From positions 15,934 through 74,697 of the forward strand of contig JAVZJR010000001.1 of the NCBI GenBank assembly GCA_038870635.1: a stretch of DNA of 58,764 nt, read 5' to 3'. Shown here piece by piece: positions 8,824 through 19,705 of this stretch. The notes under the pieces were generated by a model. The model saw nothing but the letters and a program-made list of their open reading frames with translations. It was not told the origin of the DNA and searched no databases. The position numbers were made by a program, and so were the translations under genes. This DNA is from Candidatus Bilamarchaeaceae archaeon. GTDB taxonomy: Archaea > Micrarchaeota > Micrarchaeia > Anstonellales > Bilamarchaeaceae. How positions within the stretch are numbered: the first letter of the stretch is position 1; every line of letters starts with the position of its first letter.

Positions 8824-9984
8824 TTATAGACCTGCTTCTTCCCTCAACAACTTTGCCATATCAGTTTTTTCCCAACTAAATTCCGGTTCTTCCCTTCCAA
8901 AATGACCATAGGCCGCAGTTTTTCTGTATATTGGTCTTAATAAATTAAGTTTCTCTATCATGTCTTTTGGTTTAAACGAGAAGTTCTCCATGACAAGCTT
9001 TTCTATTTTTTCAACTGGAATCTTTGCTGTCCCTCTTGTATCTATGAATACTGAAAGAGGCTTTGCAACACCTATAACATAAGAAATCTGCACTTCGCAT
9101 TGGTCTGCAAGACCTGCTGCAACTATATTTTTTGCCACATATCTTGCCATATACGCGCCAGAGCGATCGACTTTGGATGGATCTTTACCTGAGAAGCAAC
9201 CGCCACCGTGATGACCTCTACCACCGTAAGTATCAACTATTATCTTTCTACCAGTTACACCACTATCCGCAGCAGGTCCACCAAGCACAAATTTTCCTGT
9301 GCCATTTATATGCACTATTGTTTTTGAGTCAAAAAGATCACCGCAAACTGGCTTTATTACTGTTTCCAATATATCTTTTCTTATTTTATCTAATGAAACG
9401 TTCTCGTCATGTTGCGCAGCTATAACCACAGTATGCACTCGTGCAGGAACATGATCGCGGTATTCTAAAGTAACTTGAGTTTTTCCATCTGGCCGAAGAT
9501 AAGGTAAAGTGCCGTCTTTTCTAACTTCTGCAAGTTTTTTTGCCATCTTGTGTGCCAACATAATGGGCATAGGCATAAGCTCTTTTGTCTCTTTGTTTGC
9601 ATAACCAAACATAATTCCTTGATCGCCCGCACCTTGCTCATGGCCTGCGGACTCATTTACACCTTGTGCTATATCTGGCGATTGCTCGTGTATAGAAGAA
9701 AGAACGCCACAAGTCCTGTAATCAAAAAGATATTCTGGTTTTGTATACCCAATATCTCTTATAACATCTCGCACAACTTCTTGAAACTCAACATAACCAG
9801 TAGTAGTTATTTCTCCCATAACAACAACAAGACCAGAAGTAGTCGCAGTCTCAACAGCAACGCGCGCTTTTGGATCCTGTTTTAACAACTCGTCCAAAAT
9901 GGCGTCTGAGATTTGATCGCACATCTTATCTGGATGTCCTTCAGTTACAGATTCTGATGTAAACAAATAATTTTTAGATGACAT
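8824..9984 (-). CDS. metK: S-adenosylmethionine synthetase, bacterial/eukaryotic type
   Basis: [39 protein letters not shown] and YGHFGR motifs. Confidence 0.97.
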   Translation of the reverse strand: MSSKNYLFTSESVTEGHPDKMCDQISDAILDELLKQDPKARVAVETATTSGLVVVMGEITTTGYVEFQEVVRDVIRDIGYTKPEYLFDYRTCGVLSSIHEQSPDIAQGVNESAGHEQGAGDQGIMFGYANKETKELMPMPIMLAHKMAKKLAEVRKDGTLPYLRPDGKTQVTLEYRDHVPARVHTVVIAAQHDENVSLDKIRKDILETVIKPVCGDLFDSKTIVHINGTGKFVLGGPAADSGVTGRKIIVDTYGGRGHHGGGCFSGKDPSKVDRSGAYMARYVAKNIVAAGLADQCEVQISYVIGVAKPLSVFIDTRGTAKIPVEKIEKLVMENFSFKPKDMIEKLNLLRPIYRKTAAYGHFGREEPEFSWEKTDMAKLLREEAGL

Positions 9985-10051
9985 GCTTTTTTTTCTACAC
10001 TATCATTTAAAAACATTTAATAAAAAAGTAGTACACAAAAGGTGACCATAA

Positions 10052-11656
10052 ATGGCTGAGTTGTTCAAGGATTTCAAGGAGCACTCAGTAGCGGAATTCT
10101 TCAAGAAAAACAGACAGATGTTAGGTTTCAGTGGACCTACCCGCTCCTTTACTATAATAGTACATGAGTTAGTGACAAATAGCCTTGACGCGTGTGAAGA
10201 AGCAGGAATACTGCCAGAAATAGAAGTAGAAATAAACCAACTTGAGGAGGATCATTTTCTAATAAAAACAAAGGATAATGGACCCGGCATCCCTGAAAAA
10301 TATATAGGAAAAGCACTTGGAAAAATGCTTGCAGGCACAAAATTCCACAGATATATCCAACAAAGAGGGCAACAGGGAATAGGAGCAAGCGGCTGTGTTA
10401 TGTTTTCCTACTTAACAACTGGAAAACCTATCAAAGCGATATCCTGTTTTGATAAAGTTAAAAAAGAATACGAAATTAGTATTGATTTGAAAAGAAATGA
10501 GCCGATAGTGAAAAAACTAAATGAAGAACCGACAGAAGAGCAAGGTCTAACATTTATAGCGGAATATAAAGAATTGAAATATGAGAAAAGCAACAAGGGA
10601 CCGTTTGAGTATTTAAGGAGAACGGCACTTGCGAATCCACATGCAACAATAAAAATAAAAGAACCTGACGGAACATTGTCAGTCTTTCCGCGTTCAGTAA
10701 CAACAAATCCGCCTCGTCCTTTTGAGATAAAACCGCACCCTCTTGGCATAGGAACACACGATCTTCTTGAATTTTGCCAAAGATATGCGAAGGATTACAG
10801 AAAATTTTCATCAATGTTACAAGAAGTTTTTGCAAGAGTGAGCGCTAACAAAGTCGCTGAATTGCGCGCACTTCTCCCCGATGTTGATTTAGATAAAAAC
10901 CCAGCACTTATAAACTGGGAAGAGGCTGAGAAAATAGTAAATGCCTTTAAAAAAGTAAAATGGATAGCACCCTCGATGGACGCATTAGTACCTATAGGAA
11001 AAACGCAAATAGAAACTTCTTTCAAAAATATTTTTAGCCCAGAATACCTTGTAGTAACAGAAAGAAGCCCAAAAGTTTATCGCGGAGGCATTCCTTTTAT
11101 GGTTGAGGCGGCTATCGCTTATGGCGGCGGCATCACAGCAGCAGATAAAAAAGGAGAAATAATGAGATTTGCAAATCGTGTGCCTCTGCTTTTTGACGCT
11201 TCCAGTTGTGCGATAACAGAAACGGTAAAGAGTATTGATTGGTCAAGGTACAACTTAAAGAACTTCGAAGAAGAGCCAATAGTCGTATTAGTAAATTTTG
11301 TGAGTGTGTACGTGCCATACTCCAGTACCGGCAAACTTGCGATAAGTGGCGAAGACGACATAAACGACGAGATAAAATTTGCGGTTATGGAAGCTGCGAG
11401 AGGGATGCAGAGATATATATCTGGTAAAAGAAAGACTATGGAGTTAGCAAACAAAAAGAGATTAGTTTTGAGGTATGTGCCGCAATTATCATCAGACCTT
11501 GCTTTTTTAACTGGTGAAAAAAAAGAAGATATAGAAAAGAAATTAATTGAGATAATAGAAAACAAATATTCAAGAGAAGAAACCGAAGCGGAGGAAGAAA
11601 AAACTGAAAAAAAACCGCAGCCAAGTTTGGAAGAAGAGGTAGATGTTAATGAATAA
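10052..11656 (+). CDS. top6B: DNA topoisomerase VI subunit B
   Basis: GHKL motifs ELVTNSLDA, DNGPGI and RGQQGIG; RFANRVPLL. Confidence 0.97.
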   Translation: MAELFKDFKEHSVAEFFKKNRQMLGFSGPTRSFTIIVHELVTNSLDACEEAGILPEIEVEINQLEEDHFLIKTKDNGPGIPEKYIGKALGKMLAGTKFHRYIQQRGQQGIGASGCVMFSYLTTGKPIKAISCFDKVKKEYEISIDLKRNEPIVKKLNEEPTEEQGLTFIAEYKELKYEKSNKGPFEYLRRTALANPHATIKIKEPDGTLSVFPRSVTTNPPRPFEIKPHPLGIGTHDLLEFCQRYAKDYRKFSSMLQEVFARVSANKVAELRALLPDVDLDKNPALINWEEAEKIVNAFKKVKWIAPSMDALVPIGKTQIETSFKNIFSPEYLVVTERSPKVYRGGIPFMVEAAIAYGGGITAADKKGEIMRFANRVPLLFDASSCAITETVKSIDWSRYNLKNFEEEPIVVLVNFVSVYVPYSSTGKLAISGEDDINDEIKFAVMEAARGMQRYISGKRKTMELANKKRLVLRYVPQLSSDLAFLTGEKKEDIEKKLIEIIENKYSREETEAEEEKTEKKPQPSLEEEVDVNE

Positions 11657-12743
11657 AACAACATTGGAAAAACTCGAAGAGTTGGGGAAAAAAATAACTG
11701 CAGAGATAGAAAGAAATGAAAGCCCAACTTTTGAAACTCCTTTGCGCACTAAGGCAAATACAATATACGACGAAGGATTAGGGTGCCTAAGGATAGGAGA
11801 TAAAAAAGAAACACGAAAGTTTCTCAGCATGTCTCAAGCAAAAACTTTTATGCAAACAATAGCAATAGCAGCGAAAACAAAGAAGTTTATAAAAGAAGGA
11901 TTACACACATCCATTCGTGGTCTATTTTACCAACTTAAATTTACATTAGGAGAGGATATAGAAGAAGATTTATTTTCTGAGCAAAGCGAATCTAATGCAC
12001 TCATAGAGGACTTAGAAGTTGCACTGGGTGTAAAAAGGGAAGACCTTAACCTTACAACCGACAGAAAAGGTTTTGTTGCAGGAGAAATGATAATAAAAGA
12101 TAAGTTTGGGGGGGAAGAAACAATAATAGATTGCTCAAAACAAGGAAGAAGCGGTTGGAGCATCCCAAGTGATGTAGACAATGATATGGAGATAAAAAAA
12201 ATAGATGCTAATTATGTGCTAGTTGTTGAGAAAGATGCGCTCTGGCAAAGGCTAAACGAAGATAAGTTTTGGAAAAAAGAAAACTGCATCCTTATAACAC
12301 CAAAAGGACAATCGACGAGAGGAACACGAAGATTATTAAGAAAGTTGGCAGACATGAAGCTGCCGATATACGCCCTAATGGACTGCGATGCATGGGGATG
12401 GTATATTTATTGGACTATAAAGACTGGAAGTATGAACCTTGCCTATCTTGGAAGAAATTTTGCAGTTCCTGAAGCAAAGTTTTTGGGAGTAACGATGAGC
12501 GACATAGAAGAATTCCCATTCCTCAAAAAACTGACAATAAAGGCAAAAGAAGTAGACATAAAAAGAGCGGAAGAGATGCTTGAGTATCCTTGGATAAACA
12601 AGCACAAAGAATGGGTAAAAGAACTTAAACTAGTTTTGAAAACAAAACAAAAAATAGAGCAAGACGCTTTACAAGGCGAAAGATTAACTTTTGTCGGGGA
12701 GTATATAAAAAATAAAATAGAAAAGAAGAAGTGGTTGCCTTGA
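11643..12743 (+). CDS. top6A: DNA topoisomerase VI subunit A
   Basis: IRGLFY catalytic Tyr, VVEKDA and DCDAWG TOPRIM motifs; overlaps top6B (true start may be 11649). Confidence 0.97.
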   Translation: MLMNKTTLEKLEELGKKITAEIERNESPTFETPLRTKANTIYDEGLGCLRIGDKKETRKFLSMSQAKTFMQTIAIAAKTKKFIKEGLHTSIRGLFYQLKFTLGEDIEEDLFSEQSESNALIEDLEVALGVKREDLNLTTDRKGFVAGEMIIKDKFGGEETIIDCSKQGRSGWSIPSDVDNDMEIKKIDANYVLVVEKDALWQRLNEDKFWKKENCILITPKGQSTRGTRRLLRKLADMKLPIYALMDCDAWGWYIYWTIKTGSMNLAYLGRNFAVPEAKFLGVTMSDIEEFPFLKKLTIKAKEVDIKRAEEMLEYPWINKHKEWVKELKLVLKTKQKIEQDALQGERLTFVGEYIKNKIEKKKWLP

Positions 12744-12744
12744 T

Positions 12745-13227
12745 TTACTTGTTTTCTCCTTTATACCTGCCATTGTAAAGTTCCTTTGTTTCTTCTAAAA
12801 GTTTTATAAAAACAATTTGACCTAATTTGGCATTTTTCTTTAAGATTATCCCATTTTCGTTATGGACTACCAAAAGAGATTCACTTCTGCCTTCATAACC
12901 AGGATCCCAAACTGCGCATTCTAAAGTTGCACCGCATCGTAATAAAGAAGAGCGCGGGAAACAAAAAGCAGCTACGTCGGATGGAATCCTAACGTACTCA
13001 TTATATAAAACCTTGTATGCCCCTTTCGGAAGAAAAACCTCATCCCTAACAAAATCTATTCTTTCCGCTGTGCTTAGCATTCTTTCTTTATTGTCAAAAT
13101 CAATTTTACCTGGTGAAGAAAACCTATAAACTTCTTTCATAGTCATATCAAAACCTGCTGGCTGAAACTGACTTTCACTTAAAAAATTTGAAAAAAAAGA
13201 TTGCATTCTATGTTTTGGGATTATCAT
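12745..13227 (-). CDS. dut: Trimeric dUTPase (dCTP deaminase/dUTPase family)
   Basis: QPAGFDM, PRSSLLRCG, WDPGYEG, LGQIVF and YNGRY motifs. Confidence 0.85.
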   Translation of the reverse strand: MIIPKHRMQSFFSNFLSESQFQPAGFDMTMKEVYRFSSPGKIDFDNKERMLSTAERIDFVRDEVFLPKGAYKVLYNEYVRIPSDVAAFCFPRSSLLRCGATLECAVWDPGYEGRSESLLVVHNENGIILKKNAKLGQIVFIKLLEETKELYNGRYKGENK

Positions 13228-13277
13228 GATTTGTTTTTTCTAGCAATGTTTTTTAAGGTGTGGTGCGTTAAACGTTC

Positions 13278-13670
13278 ATGAGAAAAAAGAAAGTTGTACT
13301 AACCGGTGGCGTTTTTGATGTTTTGCATGCGGGCCATATTTATACACTTGCGCAAGCAAAAAAATATGGGGACAAACTCGTCGTGGTGGTAGCAAACGAT
13401 GATTATATAAGAAAGAAAGGAAGAGAACCAATACACACACAGGAATATCGCGCCTTTATGGTAAAAGCAATACGCTACGTTGACGAAGTTATCCTAGGAG
13501 GAAAAAATCCAGAGGACATTATAAAAAAAGTAAAACCAGATGTCATAGTCTATGGATACGATCAAAAACCATTTATTAATCCAAAAGGTGTGAAAATAGT
13601 AAAACTCAAAAAGCATATAGAAAAAAACAATCTTAAAACAAGCAACATACTAAAAAAATTGGGTTTATGA
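13278..13670 (+). CDS. ribL: FAD synthetase / cytidylyltransferase family
   Basis: [11 protein letters not shown] (HxGH), [10 protein letters not shown] and KTS motifs. Confidence 0.75.
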   Translation: MRKKKVVLTGGVFDVLHAGHIYTLAQAKKYGDKLVVVVANDDYIRKKGREPIHTQEYRAFMVKAIRYVDEVILGGKNPEDIIKKVKPDVIVYGYDQKPFINPKGVKIVKLKKHIEKNNLKTSNILKKLGL

Positions 13671-13680
13671 AGGTGATGGA

Positions 13681-14166
13681 ATGCAAATAAAATCAATAAG
13701 TATAGATTTGCCAAAAGATTGTAATGTAATAATCGGGCATGCACATTTCATAAAGACAGTAGAGGACTTATACGAAACTCTTGCGGAGAGTGGGACAGCG
13801 CTAAAATTTGGAATTGCATTTTGTGAGGCGTCAGGAAAATGTCTTGTGAGAAGTGATGGGAATGATGAAGAGCTAATAAAAGCAGCAGAAAAAGAGGCAT
13901 TAAAGATAGGCGCAGGGCACACGTTTATAATTTTTTTAAAAAATGGTTATCCTATAAATGTCTTAAATAGAATAAAAAATGTAAGTGAAGTATGCACAAT
14001 CTTCGCAGCTACTGCTAATCCGCTCGAATTAATAGTAGCAGAAAACGACAAAGGAGCTCGGGGCATTTTGGGGGTTATTGATGGTGAAAAGCCACAAGGA
14101 ATAGAAAGCGAAGAAGATAAGCAATGGAGAAAAGATTTTTTGAGAAAAATTGGCTATAAAAGATAA
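13681..14166 (+). CDS. Adenosine-specific kinase family protein (DUF355)
   Basis: [39 protein letters not shown] and FLRKIGYK motifs. Confidence 0.9.
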   Translation: MQIKSISIDLPKDCNVIIGHAHFIKTVEDLYETLAESGTALKFGIAFCEASGKCLVRSDGNDEELIKAAEKEALKIGAGHTFIIFLKNGYPINVLNRIKNVSEVCTIFAATANPLELIVAENDKGARGILGVIDGEKPQGIESEEDKQWRKDFLRKIGYKR

Positions 14167-14170
14167 GGGA

Positions 14171-14761
14171 TTATTTTTTAGCAAAGACAAGGTAAGCAGA
14201 GTGCATAAGACCAAAGTGTTTTGGGCGGACACCAAAATCCCGTACTTCGTAATCCCGAGTTATGCATTCAGTCATAAAAACTTCATCACAATGTTTTTGG
14301 CATTCAAGTGCAAAAGCCTTGGCCTGTTCTATGTGAAGGCAATGTGCTACAGCAAAGCAACCTTTCTTTAAAACTTTTAGAACAATCGGGACAACTTTTT
14401 CTGCATCCGGTATATCACAAACTACTAAATCAAAAATTTCATCGTTTTCATCAATACCATCTTTTACTACATCACGCAGTTTAAAAGATACGTTATCAAA
14501 ACCTAATCGTTTAGCATTTTCCTCAGCGATTTTAAGAAATTCTGCCCTTTTTTCATAGGATATAACTTTTTTAGCAATGTTTGCCATTTGCAAAGACAAA
14601 AAACCAGAACCACTACCTATTTCAAGAACAGTACTATCTTTTCCTACACTAGTATAAGCGATTATCAATCCTGCATCTTTTGGAAGTGTGACCGCGGGCC
14701 CTCTTTTTAGTTTTTTCAACAAAGGGGATAGATATGGTTTTGGAGCTGTAGATTTTTTCAA
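14171..14761 (-). CDS. trmI: tRNA (adenine-N1)-methyltransferase TrmI-like, short form
   Basis: KRGPAVTLPKD, VLEIGSGSG, SYEKR, CDIPD and RP...MHSAYL motifs. Confidence 0.8.
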   Translation of the reverse strand: MKKSTAPKPYLSPLLKKLKRGPAVTLPKDAGLIIAYTSVGKDSTVLEIGSGSGFLSLQMANIAKKVISYEKRAEFLKIAEENAKRLGFDNVSFKLRDVVKDGIDENDEIFDLVVCDIPDAEKVVPIVLKVLKKGCFAVAHCLHIEQAKAFALECQKHCDEVFMTECITRDYEVRDFGVRPKHFGLMHSAYLVFAKK

Positions 14762-14851
14762 AAAACCACCAGAGAAATTTTAAAAGACAGATTTTATAAT
14801 CCATCGCAAAACGCAAAAGAATAAAAGGAAAAGCGTGCATATTTAATAGAC

Positions 14852-15619
14852 ATGAAAAAAATTGTTTACTACTCGCCAACCTTATCTAATGAGCAGATTA
14901 TAGAAAAAATGAAAAAAGTATTACCTTTTAGATTTAAACCGCTTAGCACTGAAATAATAAAAAGAACAAGAGAACTGGAAAACATAGATGGAAGAGTAGC
15001 TTATATTTGGGGCGATGGAAGATACCATCATGAGTCTTACTTCTTTACAAAAAACAAAGTAAAAATAAAAATAAATTACGATTACCATTGCGATTTTGAC
15101 GGTAGCGCCACCTATGTGGATTACTTTAACCACATGTATTACACTCAAAAAGACTCTACAAAGATAATACTACCACGCGGAATAGAATTATTAAAAGACA
15201 AAAACGAAATAAGCAAAAAATTTGAGGAATACATAAATGAAATAAAAATAGAGACAAAACAATTTGGCAAAAATTCTATTGCTTTAACTATTGACTGTGA
15301 TGCTTTTAGAAACTTTCCGGCAGTACCTTATTGGGTGCACGAAAACGCTTCAGAACCAGCACTCTTAATAAATTTGATAAAAACTATACGTGAAAAAATA
15401 GCACTTCTGGATATTGGTGGCCTTGCTCCCAAAATAAAAGATTTTAAATTTATGAAAGATTTTTCACTAGATGAGATACCACAAAAAAATGACACAAAAA
15501 TATTTTTAGGAGAATACGATTATCTAAATAAAAAATTTGATAAAAAAATAATAAACAGAGTCGGCAATTATGCGATTAAGATATACATTGAAGTATTGTC
15601 AGCCTTCTTTTTTGATTAA
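14852..15619 (+). CDS. Divergent arginase/ureohydrolase-fold protein, paralog of 7869-8777
   Basis: [27 protein letters not shown] and LDIGG align with the paralog. Confidence 0.55.
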   Translation: MKKIVYYSPTLSNEQIIEKMKKVLPFRFKPLSTEIIKRTRELENIDGRVAYIWGDGRYHHESYFFTKNKVKIKINYDYHCDFDGSATYVDYFNHMYYTQKDSTKIILPRGIELLKDKNEISKKFEEYINEIKIETKQFGKNSIALTIDCDAFRNFPAVPYWVHENASEPALLINLIKTIREKIALLDIGGLAPKIKDFKFMKDFSLDEIPQKNDTKIFLGEYDYLNKKFDKKIINRVGNYAIKIYIEVLSAFFFD

Positions 15620-16050
15620 GCATTTTTTAAGCGATAATCCCTTAGTTTTTTAGAAAGATTTTCGTCTTTCAATGCAAGAATTTCAACTGCAAGCAGAGCA
15701 GCATTTTTACCATTGTCTATCCCGACCGTAGCAACAGGCACACCGGGGGGCAATTGAGCAATGCTTAAAAGCGCGTCAAGACCGCCAAGCTTTGCTGATA
15801 CTGGCACACCTATCACTGGTTTTGTAGTTTTGCTTGCACAAAAGCCCGGCAAAGCCGCACTTAGGCCAGCGATTGCAATTATCACTTCCGCTTTTGTTTT
15901 ACTTACCAACTCCTCAACTCTATCAGGATTTCTATGAGCAGAAGCAACTTCATATTTATAAGGGATGCCAAATTCCTGAAGGGTATCCAATGCCTTTTTC
16001 GCGATTTCATCATCGCTTTTGCTCCCACAGATAACTAAAACTTTTTCCAT
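15616..16050 (-). CDS. purE: N5-CAIR mutase
   Basis: [26 protein letters not shown] and PVATVGI motifs; start moved to ATG 16050 (MEKVL). Confidence 0.95.
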   Translation of the reverse strand: MEKVLVICGSKSDDEIAKKALDTLQEFGIPYKYEVASAHRNPDRVEELVSKTKAEVIIAIAGLSAALPGFCASKTTKPVIGVPVSAKLGGLDALLSIAQLPPGVPVATVGIDNGKNAALLAVEILALKDENLSKKLRDYRLKNA

Positions 16051-16112
16051 ATTGCGATTATCCAAGGGATTATTTAAAAATATACTCATAACAAAATAAT
16101 GATGGTGGATTT

Positions 16113-16421
16113 GTGACCAAAGCAAAAGCGCCAAAAAGGAGACATATCATGATAGAAGTAAAAGAAAAAATCACAGAAGAAGACCTAAAAGCTCTACTCT
16201 ATAGAGAGGCTCTTCGTTTTTTTGGAGAATATGGCTGCTCATTTTTACAGCTTAAAATAACCAAACATGAACCTGAAAAAAACTTATGGATTATAACCTG
16301 TGCTCGTGATTATGCAGATAAAGTAAGGGGATTTTTAACATTAATAGAGAAACCAAGAATAATAGCGAAAAAGACAAGCGGAACTATGAAAAAACTTAAA
16401 GAAAAAATTATCTGCTCATAA
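16113..16421 (+). CDS. rnp2: RNase P protein component Rpp14/Pop5
   Basis: KRRHI, FFGEYG and TSGTMKKL motifs. Confidence 0.8.
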   Translation: MTKAKAPKRRHIMIEVKEKITEEDLKALLYREALRFFGEYGCSFLQLKITKHEPEKNLWIITCARDYADKVRGFLTLIEKPRIIAKKTSGTMKKLKEKIICS

Positions 16422-17589
16422 TCTCTATAATATCACGGTGTTTTAGGACATATTCTGCTCCGAGGGCTTTTTTTGTGCGTACATCTATAGCCTTCACAAA
16501 ACCTTTTGCTAAGTCAGTATGTATAGTAGCTGCAAAATCCAAGGCAGTGCTACCTGGTTTCATTAGAAAACAATCTGGCAGGATATTTCCTTTGCTATCG
16601 GCCAACTTATTAACACCACCCGGAAAAACTGCTATATAGTGAAGAAAATCAAAAACTGCTGCGTTAAGAGCTTTCTGGACTCCTGTTCCGCCAGCCATCT
16701 TGATGTAATTTTTCAAAAATTCCATTGCTTTTTTTTGTTGCTCATCTAACTGTGCGATAATCTCAAAATCACTATCGCCAGGAATGTATTTTATAAAACC
16801 ATTCTTTGCTGCACTTTTAAGAGCAATCTCTGCTTCAGCAGAACAAGGAATTATAACATAGTTGGGAAACTCTTTCACAAGCCTTTGATAGTTTTGATAA
16901 GCGCCAGGAAGGTCGCACTTATTTGCTGCTATTAGAATTGGTTTTCCTATTTCTCGCATTTTTTTTGCAAATGCTAATTTTTCCTCTTCGCTCCACTGCT
17001 CTAATAATTTATCTTTTAAACGAAGCTCGACCAATGTTTTCACAATTGCGTTTTTACTTATCCCCAAACCAGTGAATTGGTCAAACAAAACCTTTTCGTT
17101 TCCATCCTTCTTACTATCTTTTACTAACCTTATCCAATTGTTATCAAGAATTCCTTTTATCCAATAGTTAAGCTCGTTTTCAAGGAATATTATATCTTTT
17201 GCTGGGTCATAGCTACCAACAGGAACTTTCTCACCGTTCTCATTAGTTGAACCACTAGCATCAACTATATGAATAAGCACATCTGCCTGCCGTAAATCAT
17301 CTAAAAATTTATTGCCTAAACCTTTTCCTTCATGCGCCCCTGGCACTAAACCAGCAACATCGAGTAGTTCGACAGGAACAAAACGTCTGCTGTTTATGCA
17401 ATAGCCGGCCCTCGGATTGCATTTAACCCCAAACTCCTTATCAACACATTCCACTTCAACATAACCTATCGCATGATTTGGTTTAATAGTTGTGAAAGGT
17501 CTGGGAGAACGCTCTACGGCCACACTGGTGGCTGCCATAAAAAAGCTACTCTTTCCAGTTGATGGTTTTCCAACTATACCAATAAGCAT
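16408..17589 (-). CDS. ychF: YchF/Obg-family ATPase/GTPase
   Basis: [22 protein letters not shown] and ANKCD motifs; C-terminal TGS domain. Confidence 0.93.
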   Translation of the reverse strand: MLIGIVGKPSTGKSSFFMAATSVAVERSPRPFTTIKPNHAIGYVEVECVDKEFGVKCNPRAGYCINSRRFVPVELLDVAGLVPGAHEGKGLGNKFLDDLRQADVLIHIVDASGSTNENGEKVPVGSYDPAKDIIFLENELNYWIKGILDNNWIRLVKDSKKDGNEKVLFDQFTGLGISKNAIVKTLVELRLKDKLLEQWSEEEKLAFAKKMREIGKPILIAANKCDLPGAYQNYQRLVKEFPNYVIIPCSAEAEIALKSAAKNGFIKYIPGDSDFEIIAQLDEQQKKAMEFLKNYIKMAGGTGVQKALNAAVFDFLHYIAVFPGGVNKLADSKGNILPDCFLMKPGSTALDFAATIHTDLAKGFVKAIDVRTKKALGAEYVLKHRDIIEIMSR

Positions 17590-17615
17590 TTTTTCATCAC
17601 GCTCAAATTTTTATT

Positions 17616-18080
17616 CTATTTTTTATTAGCAGAATAAAAGCCAACAAGTCCAAGAACAAGAAGAATCAAACCTGATGAACCAGGGCATTGTTTTTCTACT
17701 TCGCCGCACTTAATGGCAGCATCCGCAATACAACGATCGGCAGCGCTATAACAAGTAGTCATAGAACCTTCTTGGCAATCATATTTGTCGTTTCCAGTAG
17801 AAACATCTGCAATGCAACTTGATAACTGGGATGCACACTCATCAACTTGCGGGCATTGTCCTGCATGGTATTTCCCACTCATAATAGGATAACTCTTACT
17901 TATACATGTCAAAGCACTCGCTTTATAGGCATCTGAACAAGAACGGTCAATTTTTCCATTTTGGTCAAATCTGCAATTTGCGCATGCTTGTTTGTATGCT
18001 TCAAGTGAGCAATCTGCAAAAATTGTGCCAGACAACAGAACTAAACCTAAAAGAACAGCTAAGTAAATAATAAATTTCAT
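17616..18080 (-). CDS. Small secreted Cys-rich protein with C-terminal membrane anchor
   Basis: N-terminal signal peptide, many Cys, C-terminal QCPGSSG + hydrophobic helix + KK. Confidence 0.7.
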   Translation of the reverse strand: MKFIIYLAVLLGLVLLSGTIFADCSLEAYKQACANCRFDQNGKIDRSCSDAYKASALTCISKSYPIMSGKYHAGQCPQVDECASQLSSCIADVSTGNDKYDCQEGSMTTCYSAADRCIADAAIKCGEVEKQCPGSSGLILLVLGLVGFYSANKK

Positions 18081-18130
18081 ACTACAATTGAAAAAGAAAG
18101 GATTAATAAAGATAAACTTTGGGCTCTTGG

Positions 18131-19285
18131 TTATTTTCTTAAAATAACTACGCTCTCTCTTGTTTGCACTCGTTGAGGTTTGACATCAGCAAAACGGTAG
18201 GCACCAATTATTATTTCTGCTTCCATACCTAAACGATTACCAATTTCTGCCAGTATTTTATCCACAAGTATGTGCTCATTAAATATCACTGCATTAGATA
18301 CTACAAAATAAGCAGCGCGCCCTTCTCCTAATACCCTTTGTAATTCTTTTATGACTAGCTCCATATCCGCAAAATAACTTCCAACTATCGGTATTTTTTG
18401 TCCAACGTCTCCGCATTCTGGTGGAGAGTTAAGAGTAAAATGATCGCCTTTTATAAAAGAGTGCAAGAGCCTCCCTCTTGTCTTTTTTGTACTTTGTTGA
18501 TCCAAGGCAAGAAGACTAAGTTCAAGACCATATATTTTAGAATAATCTACATTGTTTAGGTAAGGCGGCGAAGTTATAGCTACATCAAAATATTCATCTT
18601 TAAAATTCAAGTGACGAGCATCACCCAAAAAAACTGCTGGCTCTGGGCCATCTATTTTATTTTCCTCGATATCTTTTAGCATAAGTTTTAACTTTCTAAA
18701 AAAGGCCTCTTTTGCTGGCATTGCTCTTTTTCTTTTATCAATTTTAAGAACGCCGCCATCCTTTATTACTATACTTGCCTGAGGAAGAATTGACAACAAA
18801 GCAAGGAGAAGAAAATCCTTTGCTTTTTGACCGCATTCGTATTCATATATCGCTTCACGGATAGATAATATTTCTATAAGGTTTCTTTTTGGAAAAGCTG
18901 CCCTTGGACTAAAAAGCTCAAAATCCCATTTAATAGACGCCTCTCTCTTTAATTTTTTAGAAAGAAAAAAAATAATCTCTGAAATATCTTCTTTTGTGTA
19001 ATTCGTACATTTAACTTTTGAAACAAGAACAGCCAGTTCAGAAGCATCTATTCCGCACGATTTTAAACCGCTTTTTTTAGCCGCTAATAATGATGTGCCG
19101 ACACCACAAAAAGGATCTATTAAAGATTTTATCTCTCGACTGTGGGACTGTTCTTTTTTTAGACAATATTCTACTATTTCAGGAGAATAGCCCTCTTTAT
19201 AATAAAACCATCGATGAATAGGTTTTTCTTTGTTTGGCTGAAAAGTCATGTAGGGCGCAAGCCAAAGTTCTTCGTGTATTTTCAT
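18131..19285 (-). CDS. Amino-DNA methyltransferase (probably N4-cytosine)
   Basis: IHRWF..KEGYS, motif I DPFCGVGT preceding motif IV TSPPY. Confidence 0.85.
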   Translation of the reverse strand: MKIHEELWLAPYMTFQPNKEKPIHRWFYYKEGYSPEIVEYCLKKEQSHSREIKSLIDPFCGVGTSLLAAKKSGLKSCGIDASELAVLVSKVKCTNYTKEDISEIIFFLSKKLKREASIKWDFELFSPRAAFPKRNLIEILSIREAIYEYECGQKAKDFLLLALLSILPQASIVIKDGGVLKIDKRKRAMPAKEAFFRKLKLMLKDIEENKIDGPEPAVFLGDARHLNFKDEYFDVAITSPPYLNNVDYSKIYGLELSLLALDQQSTKKTRGRLLHSFIKGDHFTLNSPPECGDVGQKIPIVGSYFADMELVIKELQRVLGEGRAAYFVVSNAVIFNEHILVDKILAEIGNRLGMEAEIIIGAYRFADVKPQRVQTRESVVILRK

Positions 19286-19289
19286 AAAA

Positions 19290-19685
19290 TCAACTTTTCT
19301 CTTTCGCTATTGCTTTTTTTGAAAGGTTATCTGCGATGGTATTATGTTCACGCGGTATATGCTCTATCTCCACATCCATACCCCGGAGCAACTCATCTGC
19401 TTTTGATTTTAATATTTTAAGATTATGGTCCTTTACTTTGTATAGGCCGTTCATCTGATTCGCAAGCAGTTGGCTATCTGTCCGAATAAGAGCTTTTGAC
19501 TCCCCGAATTTTTTTATTTCCTCTAAAGCACGAATTAATGCACTATATTCTGCAATGTTATTGGTGCCTTCACCTAAATATTCACTTATCTCTTTTATCT
19601 TATGTTTATTTTTATATATTACAACCCCTATGCCCATAGGGCCAGGATTACCAAAGCAAGCACCATCAATGTAAACATAAAGCAT
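19290..19685 (-). CDS. rnhA: Ribonuclease HI
   Basis: IDGACFGNPG, TNNIAEY, TDSQL and IPREHN..AD motifs. Confidence 0.93.
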   Translation of the reverse strand: MLYVYIDGACFGNPGPMGIGVVIYKNKHKIKEISEYLGEGTNNIAEYSALIRALEEIKKFGESKALIRTDSQLLANQMNGLYKVKDHNLKILKSKADELLRGMDVEIEHIPREHNTIADNLSKKAIAKEKS

Positions 19686-19705
19686 AAAATCATTTTAGGC
19701 TGGAA

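Noticed and set aside
11119-11727. Long antisense ORFs (also 20250-20831, 34707-35282, 58397-58687 and others)
   Set aside because: Shadow frames of well-supported genes on the opposite strand, with composition mirroring the real gene's codons.
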